Shown here: positions 1 through 9,074 of the stretch, piece by piece
How the letters are laid out: the number at the start of each line of letters is the position of its first letter
How positions within the stretch are numbered: the stretch's first letter is position 1
Assembly (NCBI GenBank): GCA_963783575.1
Contig: CAWAOD010000004.1
Span: 33,881-97,880 of the forward strand
From: an uncultured Spirochaetota bacterium
GTDB lineage: Bacteria; Spirochaetota; Brevinematia; Brevinematales; JAOACQ01
DNA: 64,000 nucleotides
Reading direction: 5' to 3'
Position numbers and translations under genes: made by a program
Notes under the pieces: model-generated
What the model saw: only the letters and a program-made list of their open reading frames with translations
Database searches by the model: none
Told to the model about the DNA's origin: nothing

Positions 1-1
1 T

Positions 2-409
2 GTAGCAGTGCTGATTCTTGACCTTGATAATTTTAAAACCGTCAATGATACACTCGGCCATGATGCCGGAGATGTTCTTTTAAAGTTGGCCGTAAAACGT
101 TTTATAAAATATATCCGTGAAGGGGATACTGCGTCGAGAATGGGCGGCGACGAGTTCAATTTTATTATCAATGACCTGGCAACAATTGAAGACCTGAAAA
201 AAATTGTGGTAAGAATGCTTGAATCATTCCGGAAACCTTTTATTATCCATGGGAATACGGTCAACATTACCGCAAGCATAGGAATTTCGCTCTATCCCGG
301 AGACGGAGAAGATATAGAAAACCTTGTCAAAAACTGCGATATTGCACTTTATCGTGTGAAGGAAAGCGGAAAGAACAATTACCGGTTTTTTAACAATTTT
401 TACAATTGA
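2..409 (+). CDS. GGDEF-domain diguanylate cyclase, C-terminal part (5' end lies outside the window)
   Basis: The reading frame is open from the window edge. The translation contains LDLDNFKTVNDTLGHDAGD and the RMGGDEFNF active-site motif. Confidence 0.85.
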   Translation, partial: VAVLILDLDNFKTVNDTLGHDAGDVLLKLAVKRFIKYIREGDTASRMGGDEFNFIINDLATIEDLKKIVVRMLESFRKPFIIHGNTVNITASIGISLYPGDGEDIENLVKNCDIALYRVKESGKNNYRFFNNFYN

Positions 410-512
410 TGCACTTCATAGCTTCCATTCTTTCTGTAAAAAACACGAATTTCACGGAAAGGAAGTTGAGAAGGTTTATAAAAAAGAAAATAATGTTTGT
501 TTAATATTATTG

Positions 513-541
513 TTGACATAGTTATCTTCAATGCTTACAAT
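513..541 (+). promoter_or_regulatory. sigma70-like promoter upstream of hicBA
   Basis: TTGACA (513-518), a 17-nt spacer, then TACAAT (536-541), about 30 nt before the hicB ATG. This rests on a consensus match only. Confidence 0.5.
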
Positions 542-569
542 TAATTTATATAAAATTTAGAGGATATTT

Positions 570-803
570 ATGAAGGTATTGAATTACAGGATAATTTTAC
601 GGAAAGAACCGGAAGGAGGCTATACGGTTGTTGTTCCTTCCCTGCCCGGATGTGTTACTTACGGGAACAACATTGAGGAAGCGATAAAAATGTCAAAAGA
701 AGCGATAGAACTTTATATTGAAAGCTTACATAATCATGGAGAAGAAATACCTTCGGAAGAAAACACCCTGGAATATAATGTAATGGTTGATACATATGTC
801 TAA
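570..803 (+). CDS. hicB: HicB-family antitoxin (UPF0150 fold)
   Basis: 77 aa with the pattern YTVVVPSLPGCVTYGNNIEEAIKMSKEAIELYIE typical of HicB. It overlaps the downstream HicA-like gene. Confidence 0.8.
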   Translation: MKVLNYRIILRKEPEGGYTVVVPSLPGCVTYGNNIEEAIKMSKEAIELYIESLHNHGEEIPSEENTLEYNVMVDTYV

Positions 804-1011
804 AATTCCGGCATTTGAGCCGTCTGAAATTATAAAGATATTAGAAAAAAATGGATTTATTCTCGACCGGACAAAAGGGAGCCATCATATTTACTACCAC
901 CCTGAAACTAAAAAGAGGGCAGTGGTACCGTTCCATAAAAAAGACCTGCCAAAAGGAACTTTACTCGAAATTTTAAAACAAGCAGGTTTAGATAAAGAAG
1001 ATTTATTCTAA
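796..1011 (+). CDS. hicA: HicA-family mRNA interferase toxin
   Basis: The ATG at 796 overlaps the hicB stop (ATGTCTAA). The YcfA/HicA-like pattern is KILEKNGFILDRTKGSHHIY...PFHKKDLPKGTL. The ORF-track start at 787 is an upstream TTG. Confidence 0.8.
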   Translation: MSKIPAFEPSEIIKILEKNGFILDRTKGSHHIYYHPETKKRAVVPFHKKDLPKGTLLEILKQAGLDKEDLF

Positions 1012-1214
1012 TGTGATACCCGCTTTACATAGAAAAATTTTTAATCAGAGCCGCTATACCTTTAGCATGCATTTTCATCCCATACAAATTCGCTCAATGT
1101 CTTTTGAAAAGATAAATTTGAATTAGCTTATATAATATGATATAATAATTATAATCTGATAACTGGCACTCACTGATAAAGTATTTTTATCATAATATTT
1201 TATTGGAGGCCGTG

Positions 1215-2112
1215 ATGAAGATAGTATTTACACTTCTGATGATAATTTCCCTATCGCAAATTTATTCCCCCTGCTTTTCTGAAGAAAACAAAATTAGAAT
1301 AGTAGTGTTTGACCTTGACGCTAAATCTTCCGAGATTTCTCAGGATGAGGTTGTGACATTAAGCGACTATATGCGGAACACGTTCATAAACACAGGTATT
1401 TTTGAGGTCATATCGCGGGAACAATTAAATAAGGTGATTGAAGAAGAGAAACTCCAGATGACCGGATTGACTTCGGAATCAAACGCGATCGAGACTCGGT
1501 AAAATCCTGAACGTCAAGAACGGCATAGCCGGAACCATCGGTAAATTCGGGGAAACATATGTAATAAATATACAACTGCTTGATCTGGAAACGGGTAAAT
1601 ATATAACCGCCGAATCTATAGAAGCGGAAAATAAAAAAGAGGCTTTGAAGCAGATTAAAGAGAAGGTCAGTATAATCGCTCAAAAGGTATCGGGGAAAAC
1701 CCAGCCTGAAACCAATGTTATAAAAGAGGAAAAGAAAAGTATCCCCATCGAAAAACCAAAACCTGTAATATCCGGCTTGAATATTTTCGGATACATCCTG
1801 ATTATAGCGGGCGCCGGAGGTATCGGAACAGGGTATTATTTTGACACTTTAGCGGTAAATAATTTTAATGAAGCCAAAACTGATTATATGGCTTATACTA
1901 ACGCGACATCCGATTCCGGCAGTAAATGGAACGCCTATAAATCCAAGCTGGATGAAACAGCGCAGGACCTGAATATCAGAAATATCTGCTACATATCGGG
2001 CGGTATCTCGGCAGGCCTCGGGATTATCTTTGCCCTTATTCCGTCAAATTTCGGGCAAAACACAGGAATTATCATTCTGCCTAATTATTTCGCGTTCAGA
2101 TATAAATTCTAA
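1215..2112 (+). pseudogene. Secreted CsgG/LpoB-like domain protein with a C-terminal TM segment, split by one frameshift
   Basis: GGAGG precedes the ATG at 1215 and a signal peptide follows. Frame 3 stops at 1500-1502. The same domain then continues without a gap in frame 1 (GKILNVKNGIAGTIGKFGETYVINIQLLDLETGKYI) into ORF 1645-2112. Confidence 0.6.
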
Positions 2113-2123
2113 GGGGGTAAAAT

Positions 2124-3617
2124 ATGCTTAAAAAATATATAATTTCCATTTTTATTGGGGCGGTTTTATTCATAAATTGCTGCAGCAATATTGATACGAA
2201 CCAGTATTTGAGCAGTAACAGCAGCGTAAGCAATTATTCGACCCCGGTGAACAGCAGTTCGATTATATCTTCTTTAAGTTCATCTTTTAGTTCTCACAGT
2301 AGTTCAAGCACATCTTCAAGTTCTTCTTCAATTTTTCAATTCACAATCACAGCGAATGCCGGAGTAAACGGATCTATCAGTCCGAACGGCAGCGTTTCAG
2401 TAAATCAGGGTTCAAACCAGGGCTTCATTATAACACCCAATACAGGATATCAGGTTAGTAATGTAACTATTGACGGAATAAGCATGGGTGTTGTAACTTC
2501 ATATACATTTACTAATGTGCAGATAAACCACAGTATCAACGCTATTTTCAAAATAATTCAATACACAATCACGGTGAGTGCTGGTGCAGGCGGCTCAATC
2601 AGTCCATCTGGCATTGTGACTGTAAACTATGGTACAAACCAGAGCTTCACGATAACACCCAATAACGGCTATCAGGTTAGCAATGTAACGGTTGACGGAA
2701 TAAGCTTGGGTACTGTAACTTCATATACATTTACCAATGTGCAGACAAACCGCAGCATCAGTGCGACATTTATAGTCGGTGATTACATTTCTGCTAACAT
2801 TGGTACTTTAAAACCTATTCCCTCCGGCACCTTTCAGCGTGATTCCTCGGCTAGCGATATCAGTTCGGTATCAGCTTTCTATATGAGCAGATATGATATA
2901 ACCAGGGCACAATATTCTAATGTGATAGGGTCTGATCCTAGCCAAATAAGTTGTTCTACAGGTACCTCTGATCCGGTTCAAGAAGTTAACTGGTATATGG
3001 CTCTTGTATTCTGCAACAAACTGAGTATGCTAGAAGGTTTGACACCGGTTTACACCATCAGCGGCAGTACTGATCCTACCACATGGGGAGCAATACCGAC
3101 TTCAGAAAATGATGCAACTTGGGATGCTGTAACAGCAAATTGGAGTGCAAACGGTTACCGTCTGCCTACTGAGATGGAATATATGTGGGCGGATATGGGA
3201 GCCACAAATGATGCCCTTAGCGGCGATATAGTTGGGGGTGTCAATACAGGCGGTTACGCCAAGGGCTATGCGGGCAGTACAGAAGCGGGAGGCGCCCAAG
3301 TGAATATTACTAGCTATGCCTGGCTAGGTAACAATGCAAACAATACAACCCATCCTGTAGGGATTTTATTGCCTAACGAACTCGGTCTGTACGACATGAG
3401 TGGGAATGCATGGCATTGGTGCTGGGATTGGTATGCGGAATATCCCTCGGGATTACTTACGGATTATCGAGGCGCGGCTTCGAGTGTGTTCCGCGACTCA
3501 CGCGGGGGCTGTTTTGCCGGCATTACGTCTACCGCTTCAGTTGCTAACCGTGCCGATACCTACCCATACTACCAGGATCGCGGTATCGGATTACGAGTTG
3601 TTCGCTCCTCTTTTTGA
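2124..3617 (+). CDS. Lipoprotein with a Ser-rich linker, two InlB-B-repeat (Listeria-Bacteroides repeat) modules and a C-terminal formylglycine-generating-enzyme (SUMF1/FGE-sulfatase) domain
   Basis: There is an RBS and a signal peptide (FINCCS). Two ~75-aa repeats are present (TITANAGVNGSISPNGSV...GYQVSNVTIDGIS). The C-terminus carries NELGLYDMSGNAWHWCWDWY and GLRVVRS, typical of FGE-family domains. Confidence 0.8.
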   Translation: MLKKYIISIFIGAVLFINCCSNIDTNQYLSSNSSVSNYSTPVNSSSIISSLSSSFSSHSSSSTSSSSSSIFQFTITANAGVNGSISPNGSVSVNQGSNQGFIITPNTGYQVSNVTIDGISMGVVTSYTFTNVQINHSINAIFKIIQYTITVSAGAGGSISPSGIVTVNYGTNQSFTITPNNGYQVSNVTVDGISLGTVTSYTFTNVQTNRSISATFIVGDYISANIGTLKPIPSGTFQRDSSASDISSVSAFYMSRYDITRAQYSNVIGSDPSQISCSTGTSDPVQEVNWYMALVFCNKLSMLEGLTPVYTISGSTDPTTWGAIPTSENDATWDAVTANWSANGYRLPTEMEYMWADMGATNDALSGDIVGGVNTGGYAKGYAGSTEAGGAQVNITSYAWLGNNANNTTHPVGILLPNELGLYDMSGNAWHWCWDWYAEYPSGLLTDYRGAASSVFRDSRGGCFAGITSTASVANRADTYPYYQDRGIGLRVVRSSF

Positions 3618-3760
3618 TATAATTAAATATTATGTGATTGAGGAACTATCATTAGGTGAGTGGAATAAATTTTAAAATGCCTTGTGCCGGTGCCTTCGAT
3701 ACAAAATTTTGCTAAAGCAAAATTTCACTCAGGCATCGGAGGCTGGCGATTGAATTGCTA

Positions 3761-4057
3761 CCCGCAGCATTAGCGCCATTTCTGATTTAGCTTTTATTTG
3801 GTTAAAAAGAAATCTCAATAGTAAAATTATTGTTATTCCTGTGAAATAAAAAAGTAAATGTTTAATTCATTTCACGGCAGGATGCCGTGACCGACGCATA
3901 AAGCCAGGGATGGCGACATAAGGAGGCTATTATAATTAGATTTCTTTAATTAAAAAACTTGAATAACAACACCTCGATACAGAAAGACAGCTTCACATGA
4001 AATGGCGTTAATGCGGAGGGGTGACTTTTCTTTTTGGTACTTTTTCTTTTGGTCAAT
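3761..4057 (+). repeat. Palindromic ~340-bp repeat element, copy A (interrupted by the IS; remainder at 5788-5831)
   Basis: It shares ordered blocks with copies at 61757-62048 and 57855-58349 (CCCGCAGCATTAGCGCCATTTCTGAT ... TTGTTATTCC ... AATAACAACAC ... CACATGAAATGGCG..ATGCGGAGGGG). The outer and inner blocks are mutually reverse-complementary. Confidence 0.7.
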
Positions 4058-5783
4058 TTGTCTGTCGAAAAATCCGAAAATATGATATAATAGTTAGTTG
4101 CAAAATTAAAGAGGGGAAAGACAATGGCGAGATATAAGAGAGGAAATCTAGACCAGGGAGAATTGTTAGCCATCAATTTGCAGGAACAATTCGATGAATA
4201 CAGCCGTGAAGTCCTTCTAAAAAAGTTTGTGGCGAAATACATTGATATACAAAGGTTTGATAAATATTATTCCAATGATGAAACAGGGCGGAAAGGGAAA
4301 CATCCTCAAGATGTTATATCTGCGATTCTCTATGGTTATTTGCAAGGAATCCATTCCAGCCGCAAGGTAGAAAATCTTCTCAGAACCCACATAGGATTTA
4401 TGTATGTATCAAACCGTCTTAGCATAGATCATTCAAAGCTTTGCGATTTTAAAATCCAGTTTGATGATGAAATTACAAATCTGTTTGCGACAATTCTTTT
4501 TTTATTAAATAACATAGGAGAGATTGATTGGGATGTAGTTGTGGGGGACGGAACGAAAATCAAAGCCAATGCATCAAAGTCAAAGACGATGACCGGGGAA
4601 AGAGCCGACAAAGTGATGAGAACTTACCGCAAAATGGCAACCAAAGTAGTTAAAAGGAGTTTGGAGACGGATGAGAAACTAAATCGTGGTGAATTGGAAG
4701 AAGAAAAGTATATGGCTGAAAAAAAGTGTATAGAACGTCAGGAAAAGCTTTACAACAGAGTGATGGAACAGGTGGAAGTTTATCAAAAGATGCTTGAAGA
4801 AGAAAGATTAAAAGAAGGAGACAAAACCATTACAGGTAAAGATCATTATAATTTAACCGATCCTGACAGCTCTCTTACATTGGGACCTGACAAGAGCGGA
4901 TATATTCAGGGATATAATATAAGAATGATGATCAGTAACAATGACATAATACTAAGCTGTGAAAACGATAAATTGAATGAGAAATACAGTGCGAAACCCA
5001 TGATCGAGGAAGTGGAAAAGCTTAAAGAGGAATTGGGGGTAAAGCAGGAAAGTAAGTACCTGCTGGATTCGGGATTTCAAAATATGACGGACATTCTGGA
5101 AATGGAAGAAAAAGGATTGGATTGCTATATTGATGTAAAAGAGAGAGATTTTGGGAAAGAGGTACAAAAGAGAAAGAATTTTGAAATCATAAAAGGTGAT
5201 AACAGAGAGTATCGGTTAAAGTGTTGTGGTGGATTAAAAACAAAAGGATACATTGATGATAAAAGAGGCAAAATCCACTTTTTCTTTAACCGATCTCAAT
5301 GTGAAGGATGCAATAAATATCAGGAATGTTACTCAAGGATCAATCCAAAAAGAAATCAAAAGACTGTAAATTTCAATCTGTTTGAGTTAGAGAACAGAAA
5401 GGAAATCGACAGTTATCTGAATAAATTGAGAAGCGATGAAGGACAAAAGATATACAGCAAGAGAATTGGAAAGGAACACAATTTTGCCAACCTTAAAACA
5501 CAGAAAGATTTTTCTCAAACCTATTATCGTGGAAAAGAAAAAGTAGAAATGGACTGGCTCTGGAATTCCACATCACATAATTTGGGAAAATATTTTCAGG
5601 CAGTAATATGTAAAGGATTGAGTATATGAGGATGATATAAAATGGTACAGGAGTGTAATTATGTAATTTAAGCTATAATAAATTGTATATGAGATTAATT
5701 TTCGGATATCCTAGAAATCAAATGTGATATCCGAATGTTATAGAAAATCGCTTTTTCTCTTTTTATAGTTTTTCGACAGACAA
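4058..5783 (+). mobile_element. IS element (IS1182/IS5-superfamily), copy 1, 1726 bp
   Basis: The 15-bp terminal inverted repeats TTGTCTGTCGAAAAA lie at 4058-4072 and, as reverse complement, at 5769-5783. They are flanked by the 4-bp direct repeat CAAT (4054-4057 and 5784-5787). A near-identical copy lies at 62049-63774. Confidence 0.9.
4124..5629 (+). CDS. DDE transposase, IS1182/IS5-like
   Basis: 501 aa. It has an N-terminal DUF772/InsH-like motif (ILYGYLQGIHSSRKVENLL...IDHSKLCDF). The catalytic-type motifs are VVGDGTKIKANAS, YLLDSGFQN and GKEHNFANLK...YYRGKEKV. Confidence 0.9.
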   Translation: MARYKRGNLDQGELLAINLQEQFDEYSREVLLKKFVAKYIDIQRFDKYYSNDETGRKGKHPQDVISAILYGYLQGIHSSRKVENLLRTHIGFMYVSNRLSIDHSKLCDFKIQFDDEITNLFATILFLLNNIGEIDWDVVVGDGTKIKANASKSKTMTGERADKVMRTYRKMATKVVKRSLETDEKLNRGELEEEKYMAEKKCIERQEKLYNRVMEQVEVYQKMLEEERLKEGDKTITGKDHYNLTDPDSSLTLGPDKSGYIQGYNIRMMISNNDIILSCENDKLNEKYSAKPMIEEVEKLKEELGVKQESKYLLDSGFQNMTDILEMEEKGLDCYIDVKERDFGKEVQKRKNFEIIKGDNREYRLKCCGGLKTKGYIDDKRGKIHFFFNRSQCEGCNKYQECYSRINPKRNQKTVNFNLFELENRKEIDSYLNKLRSDEGQKIYSKRIGKEHNFANLKTQKDFSQTYYRGKEKVEMDWLWNSTSHNLGKYFQAVICKGLSI

Positions 5784-5937
5784 CAATCAAAAGAAAAAGT
5801 ACGAAAGCTACTTTGCCGCGGCTCTGCGGCATTAAAAATTTATTTTTGACAATTTTAATGTGCTATAATAAACTTCCGGTGTTTAGATCAATAGTCCGGA
5901 AAAAATAATAATTTATTTTTTATTAAGGAGAAAATAA

Positions 5938-6636
5938 GTGGAGAAATCGGTTTCAGATTTTGTGTTAATGAAAAATACCCTGCTTTTCGATTTGTTTCAT
6001 ACTTTAACCTCTTTGGAATCCGCCTGGTCCGTTGGTCCATCTACATCCGAGCTGCTTGGTGTCGGCAAAGAAGCCTGGAATGAACAGCTGCTTGAAAAAT
6101 CTAAAGAAAGGCTGACCGGGCAGGAGAATGACCCTTTTATTATTATAAAGAAAATGGCGCATGCAATCAATCCTGATATTCCGGTTGATTTAATAAAAAA
6201 AGCGGCTCAAAGCAGAATATCAAGATTCGAAGGAGCCCTGATAAATATTCCGGAAAATAATATAAATACTTTAAAAACACTTAAATCTATGAATAAAAAG
6301 ATCGGTTTAATAAGTAATGCTGATGTTACCGAAAAATCCGGCTGGAAGAAATCGCCCATAGCAAAATATTTTGACAGTGTCGTATTTTCTTGCGATGCCG
6401 GCCTTGTAAAACCCGGCAGGGAAATTTTTGAATATAGTTTAAAAGAATTGAATGCAAAACCGGAAGATGCCGTTTTTATAGGAGACGGCGGATCGAATGA
6501 GCTTTACGGCGCAAAACAGGCCGGACTTTCGACAATTATGATTACCGGCATTATCAAAGAAATTTGGCCGGATAAAATAGAATCAGGAAAAAAATATGCG
6601 GATTATGTCATCGAAAATTTAGACGAATTAATATAG
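5938..6636 (+). CDS. HAD-superfamily hydrolase
   Basis: AAGGAG lies 7 nt before the GTG start. HAD motifs are present: LLFDLFHTL (DxD-like motif I region), ISNAD and FIGDGGSNEL. Confidence 0.75.
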   Translation: MEKSVSDFVLMKNTLLFDLFHTLTSLESAWSVGPSTSELLGVGKEAWNEQLLEKSKERLTGQENDPFIIIKKMAHAINPDIPVDLIKKAAQSRISRFEGALINIPENNINTLKTLKSMNKKIGLISNADVTEKSGWKKSPIAKYFDSVVFSCDAGLVKPGREIFEYSLKELNAKPEDAVFIGDGGSNELYGAKQAGLSTIMITGIIKEIWPDKIESGKKYADYVIENLDELI

Positions 6637-6698
6637 CTCTTCTATACCTTGACCATAATACCGATTTTACTTATATTAGAATTATTCGGGAGGTAAAT

Positions 6699-7598
6699 AT
6701 GGATAATTCTATGCTGGGTAAAATTTGCTTGATAACCGGTGCCAACTCCGGGATCGGGTTTGAAACCGCTTTGGGGATTGCTAACAAAGGGGCTTCAGTT
6801 GTTCTGGCATGCCGCAGTGAAGAAAAAGGGAAAGACGCGCTTGATAAGATTAAAAAAATAACAGGTAATTTATCGGTTGATATGGTGACTGTAGATCTTT
6901 CCAGCCAGAGTTCAATAAGGAAATTCGCAGGTGATTTTCAGTCAAAGTATAAAAGTTTGCATATTCTTATCAATAACGCCGGTGGTATAAACGGTAAAAA
7001 AGAATATACCGAGGACGGCTTTGAAATGACCTTTGCAATTAATTACCTTGCGCCGTATCTTCTTACAAGACTGCTTCTTCCGGTTTTAATTTCAAGCGCT
7101 CCGTCCAGGATCATCAATGTATCCTCAGGAGCTCATTTTATGGGGCGTATCGATTTCAGCAACCTTCAGGGTGAAAAGAGTTATGGCGTTATGAACTCAT
7201 ATGGGAATGCAAAGCTAGCCCTGATACTCTTTACGCATGAACTGTCAAAAAGGCTTGATGGAACTGGAGTTACTGTTAACAGCCTTCATCCGGGTTTTGT
7301 CAACACAAATTTCGGAGGTTCCGAGAAAGGTTTGGTACATCTTGGAATAAACATAGCAAAATCATTTGCCATATCTCCAAAAGAAGGAGCAAAAACATCG
7401 ATTTATCTGGCATCATCGCCTGAAGTTGAAAAAATTAACGGCAAATACTTTGAGAAATCTCATCTGTCCGGTTCCTCAACAGCGTCTTATAATGAAGAAA
7501 CAGCAAAAAAATTATGGGAGACCAGTGAAAAACTATTAAAACTTGAAGGTGTTTCAGTAACGGGCGGGCATTTTGAGACAATGAGGAATTCGGTGTAA
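6699..7598 (+). CDS. Short-chain dehydrogenase/reductase (SDR)
   Basis: Contains TGANSGIG (the Rossmann motif TGxxxGIG), NNAG, and YGNAK (the YxxxK catalytic motif). Confidence 0.85.
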   Translation: MDNSMLGKICLITGANSGIGFETALGIANKGASVVLACRSEEKGKDALDKIKKITGNLSVDMVTVDLSSQSSIRKFAGDFQSKYKSLHILINNAGGINGKKEYTEDGFEMTFAINYLAPYLLTRLLLPVLISSAPSRIINVSSGAHFMGRIDFSNLQGEKSYGVMNSYGNAKLALILFTHELSKRLDGTGVTVNSLHPGFVNTNFGGSEKGLVHLGINIAKSFAISPKEGAKTSIYLASSPEVEKINGKYFEKSHLSGSSTASYNEETAKKLWETSEKLLKLEGVSVTGGHFETMRNSV

Positions 7599-7605
7599 TG
7601 CAGTT

Positions 7606-8142
7606 ATGACTAATTCCAGAAAAGTTAAAATATTTATTGCATCAAGTTTAGACGGGTTTATAGCAGAGGAGGACGGCAATATAAGCTGGCTAAATACTGT
7701 TGAAAAAGAAGATGAAGATTACGGTTATGGTGATTTTATCAAAACAATCGATATTGTAATAACCGGAAGAAAAACATATGATAAAATTATAAGTATTGAT
7801 CCGGATTATAATTATTTTGGTAAGAATTGTTTTGTTCTTTCACGCGAAACAAAGGGTAAAAACGGGAATATAATATTTTATAACGACGATCCGTATAAAT
7901 TGGTGGAAAAGTTAAAAAAAGAGAGCGGTAAGGATATCTATGTTGACGGCGGTTCGGAAATTATTATGGAACTCAGGAAATACAATCTGATTGATGAGTA
8001 TATCATATCGATTATTCCGGTACTTTTAGGTAAGGGCGTAAAGCTGTTTGCGGACGCTGGCTTTATTGAGAATTTGATATTCGGGTATGTTAAAAGTTAT
8101 TCATCCGGGTTGGTTCAAATAAAATATATTGTAAATAAATAG
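7606..8142 (+). CDS. Dihydrofolate-reductase-family protein (RibD C-terminal domain)
   Basis: 178 aa with KIFIASSLDGFIAEEDGNISWL and the YVDGGSEII pattern typical of RibD_C/DHFR-like proteins. Confidence 0.75.
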   Translation: MTNSRKVKIFIASSLDGFIAEEDGNISWLNTVEKEDEDYGYGDFIKTIDIVITGRKTYDKIISIDPDYNYFGKNCFVLSRETKGKNGNIIFYNDDPYKLVEKLKKESGKDIYVDGGSEIIMELRKYNLIDEYIISIIPVLLGKGVKLFADAGFIENLIFGYVKSYSSGLVQIKYIVNK

Positions 8143-8151
8143 GGAGTTTAT

Positions 8152-8847
8152 ATGAACGGTTACCGGCTGTTCCTGGAATCAGGACCCAGGCATAAAACAA
8201 CAATGGTTCATGTTACATCACTACTAGGCTGTATTTCAAAAGGACCGACAACAGAGATCGCTGTTGAAAAAACAAAACCTGCAATAAAAATATTTGCCGA
8301 TTTCTTTAATAAAAACGGTGAAAATATCGAATTTGATGAGAATGGTAAAATGGAAATTATTGAGCATATCACCGAAGGGTATTTCCTGGGCCAGGGAAGC
8401 CCTTCCGTAGTTTTCAGTTCGGATTATGATGATCTTAATAAAAGCGAGCTTGATAACTATTTAAAAAGGTTAAATATCATAAAATTAAGTATTGCTGAAT
8501 ATATAAGGGAAAAAACTGAGGAAGAACTGTATGCCAGATTGTCCGAGAATTCAAGGTCAATCCATGAAATTTTGATGCATATGACGGCAAGCGAACTGAA
8601 TTATTTAAACGGATTTTATTCAAAAACCCGGATTGTGGATGAGGCAATGGAAAATATGAAAAAAAGAGCTGGAAACATAACGGGACATTTTTTAAAAATA
8701 GATTATGAAATTGAAAAATATATAAAAGACAATTATGATGAAAAAAATAAATATCTTATTAAGCGCGGCCATGAAGAATGGACACTTAGAAAAATCATAA
8801 GGAGAATGCTTGAACATGGCGGGAACATCTTATGGAAATATCAATAA
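8152..8847 (+). CDS. Fusion protein: HicB-like N-terminal domain plus a DinB-like helical bundle
   Basis: The N-terminus (VHVTSLLGCISKGPTTEIAVEKTKPAIKIFADFF) aligns by eye with HicB at 570-803. The C-terminus has DinB-like histidines (HEILMHMTASE..., RRMLEHGGN). Confidence 0.5.
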   Translation: MNGYRLFLESGPRHKTTMVHVTSLLGCISKGPTTEIAVEKTKPAIKIFADFFNKNGENIEFDENGKMEIIEHITEGYFLGQGSPSVVFSSDYDDLNKSELDNYLKRLNIIKLSIAEYIREKTEEELYARLSENSRSIHEILMHMTASELNYLNGFYSKTRIVDEAMENMKKRAGNITGHFLKIDYEIEKYIKDNYDEKNKYLIKRGHEEWTLRKIIRRMLEHGGNILWKYQ

Positions 8848-8884
8848 AAACAGGCAGGCCGATCATGAATGAATTTACAGATCT

Positions 8885-8926
8885 GTACAGATAAAATCGT
8901 ACAGATAAAATCGTACAGATAATATC
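8885..8926. repeat. Tandem 14-bp repeat x3 (GTACAGATAAAATC)
   Basis: Read directly from the sequence: 8885-8898 and 8899-8912 are identical, and 8913-8926 has one change. The repeat is intergenic, upstream of the aminotransferase gene. Confidence 0.8.
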
Positions 8927-9074
8927 TGTTGATGAAATCAAGCTTTTTTATCAATAAAAACAATCTGTATTGTTATAATAAAACAATCTGTTTCAAAGTT
9001 TTGACAATGATGATTATTGCCTTTAAAATAATAATCCGGTAAGTATAATATTCCCGGTTTTCACAGAGGTAATT

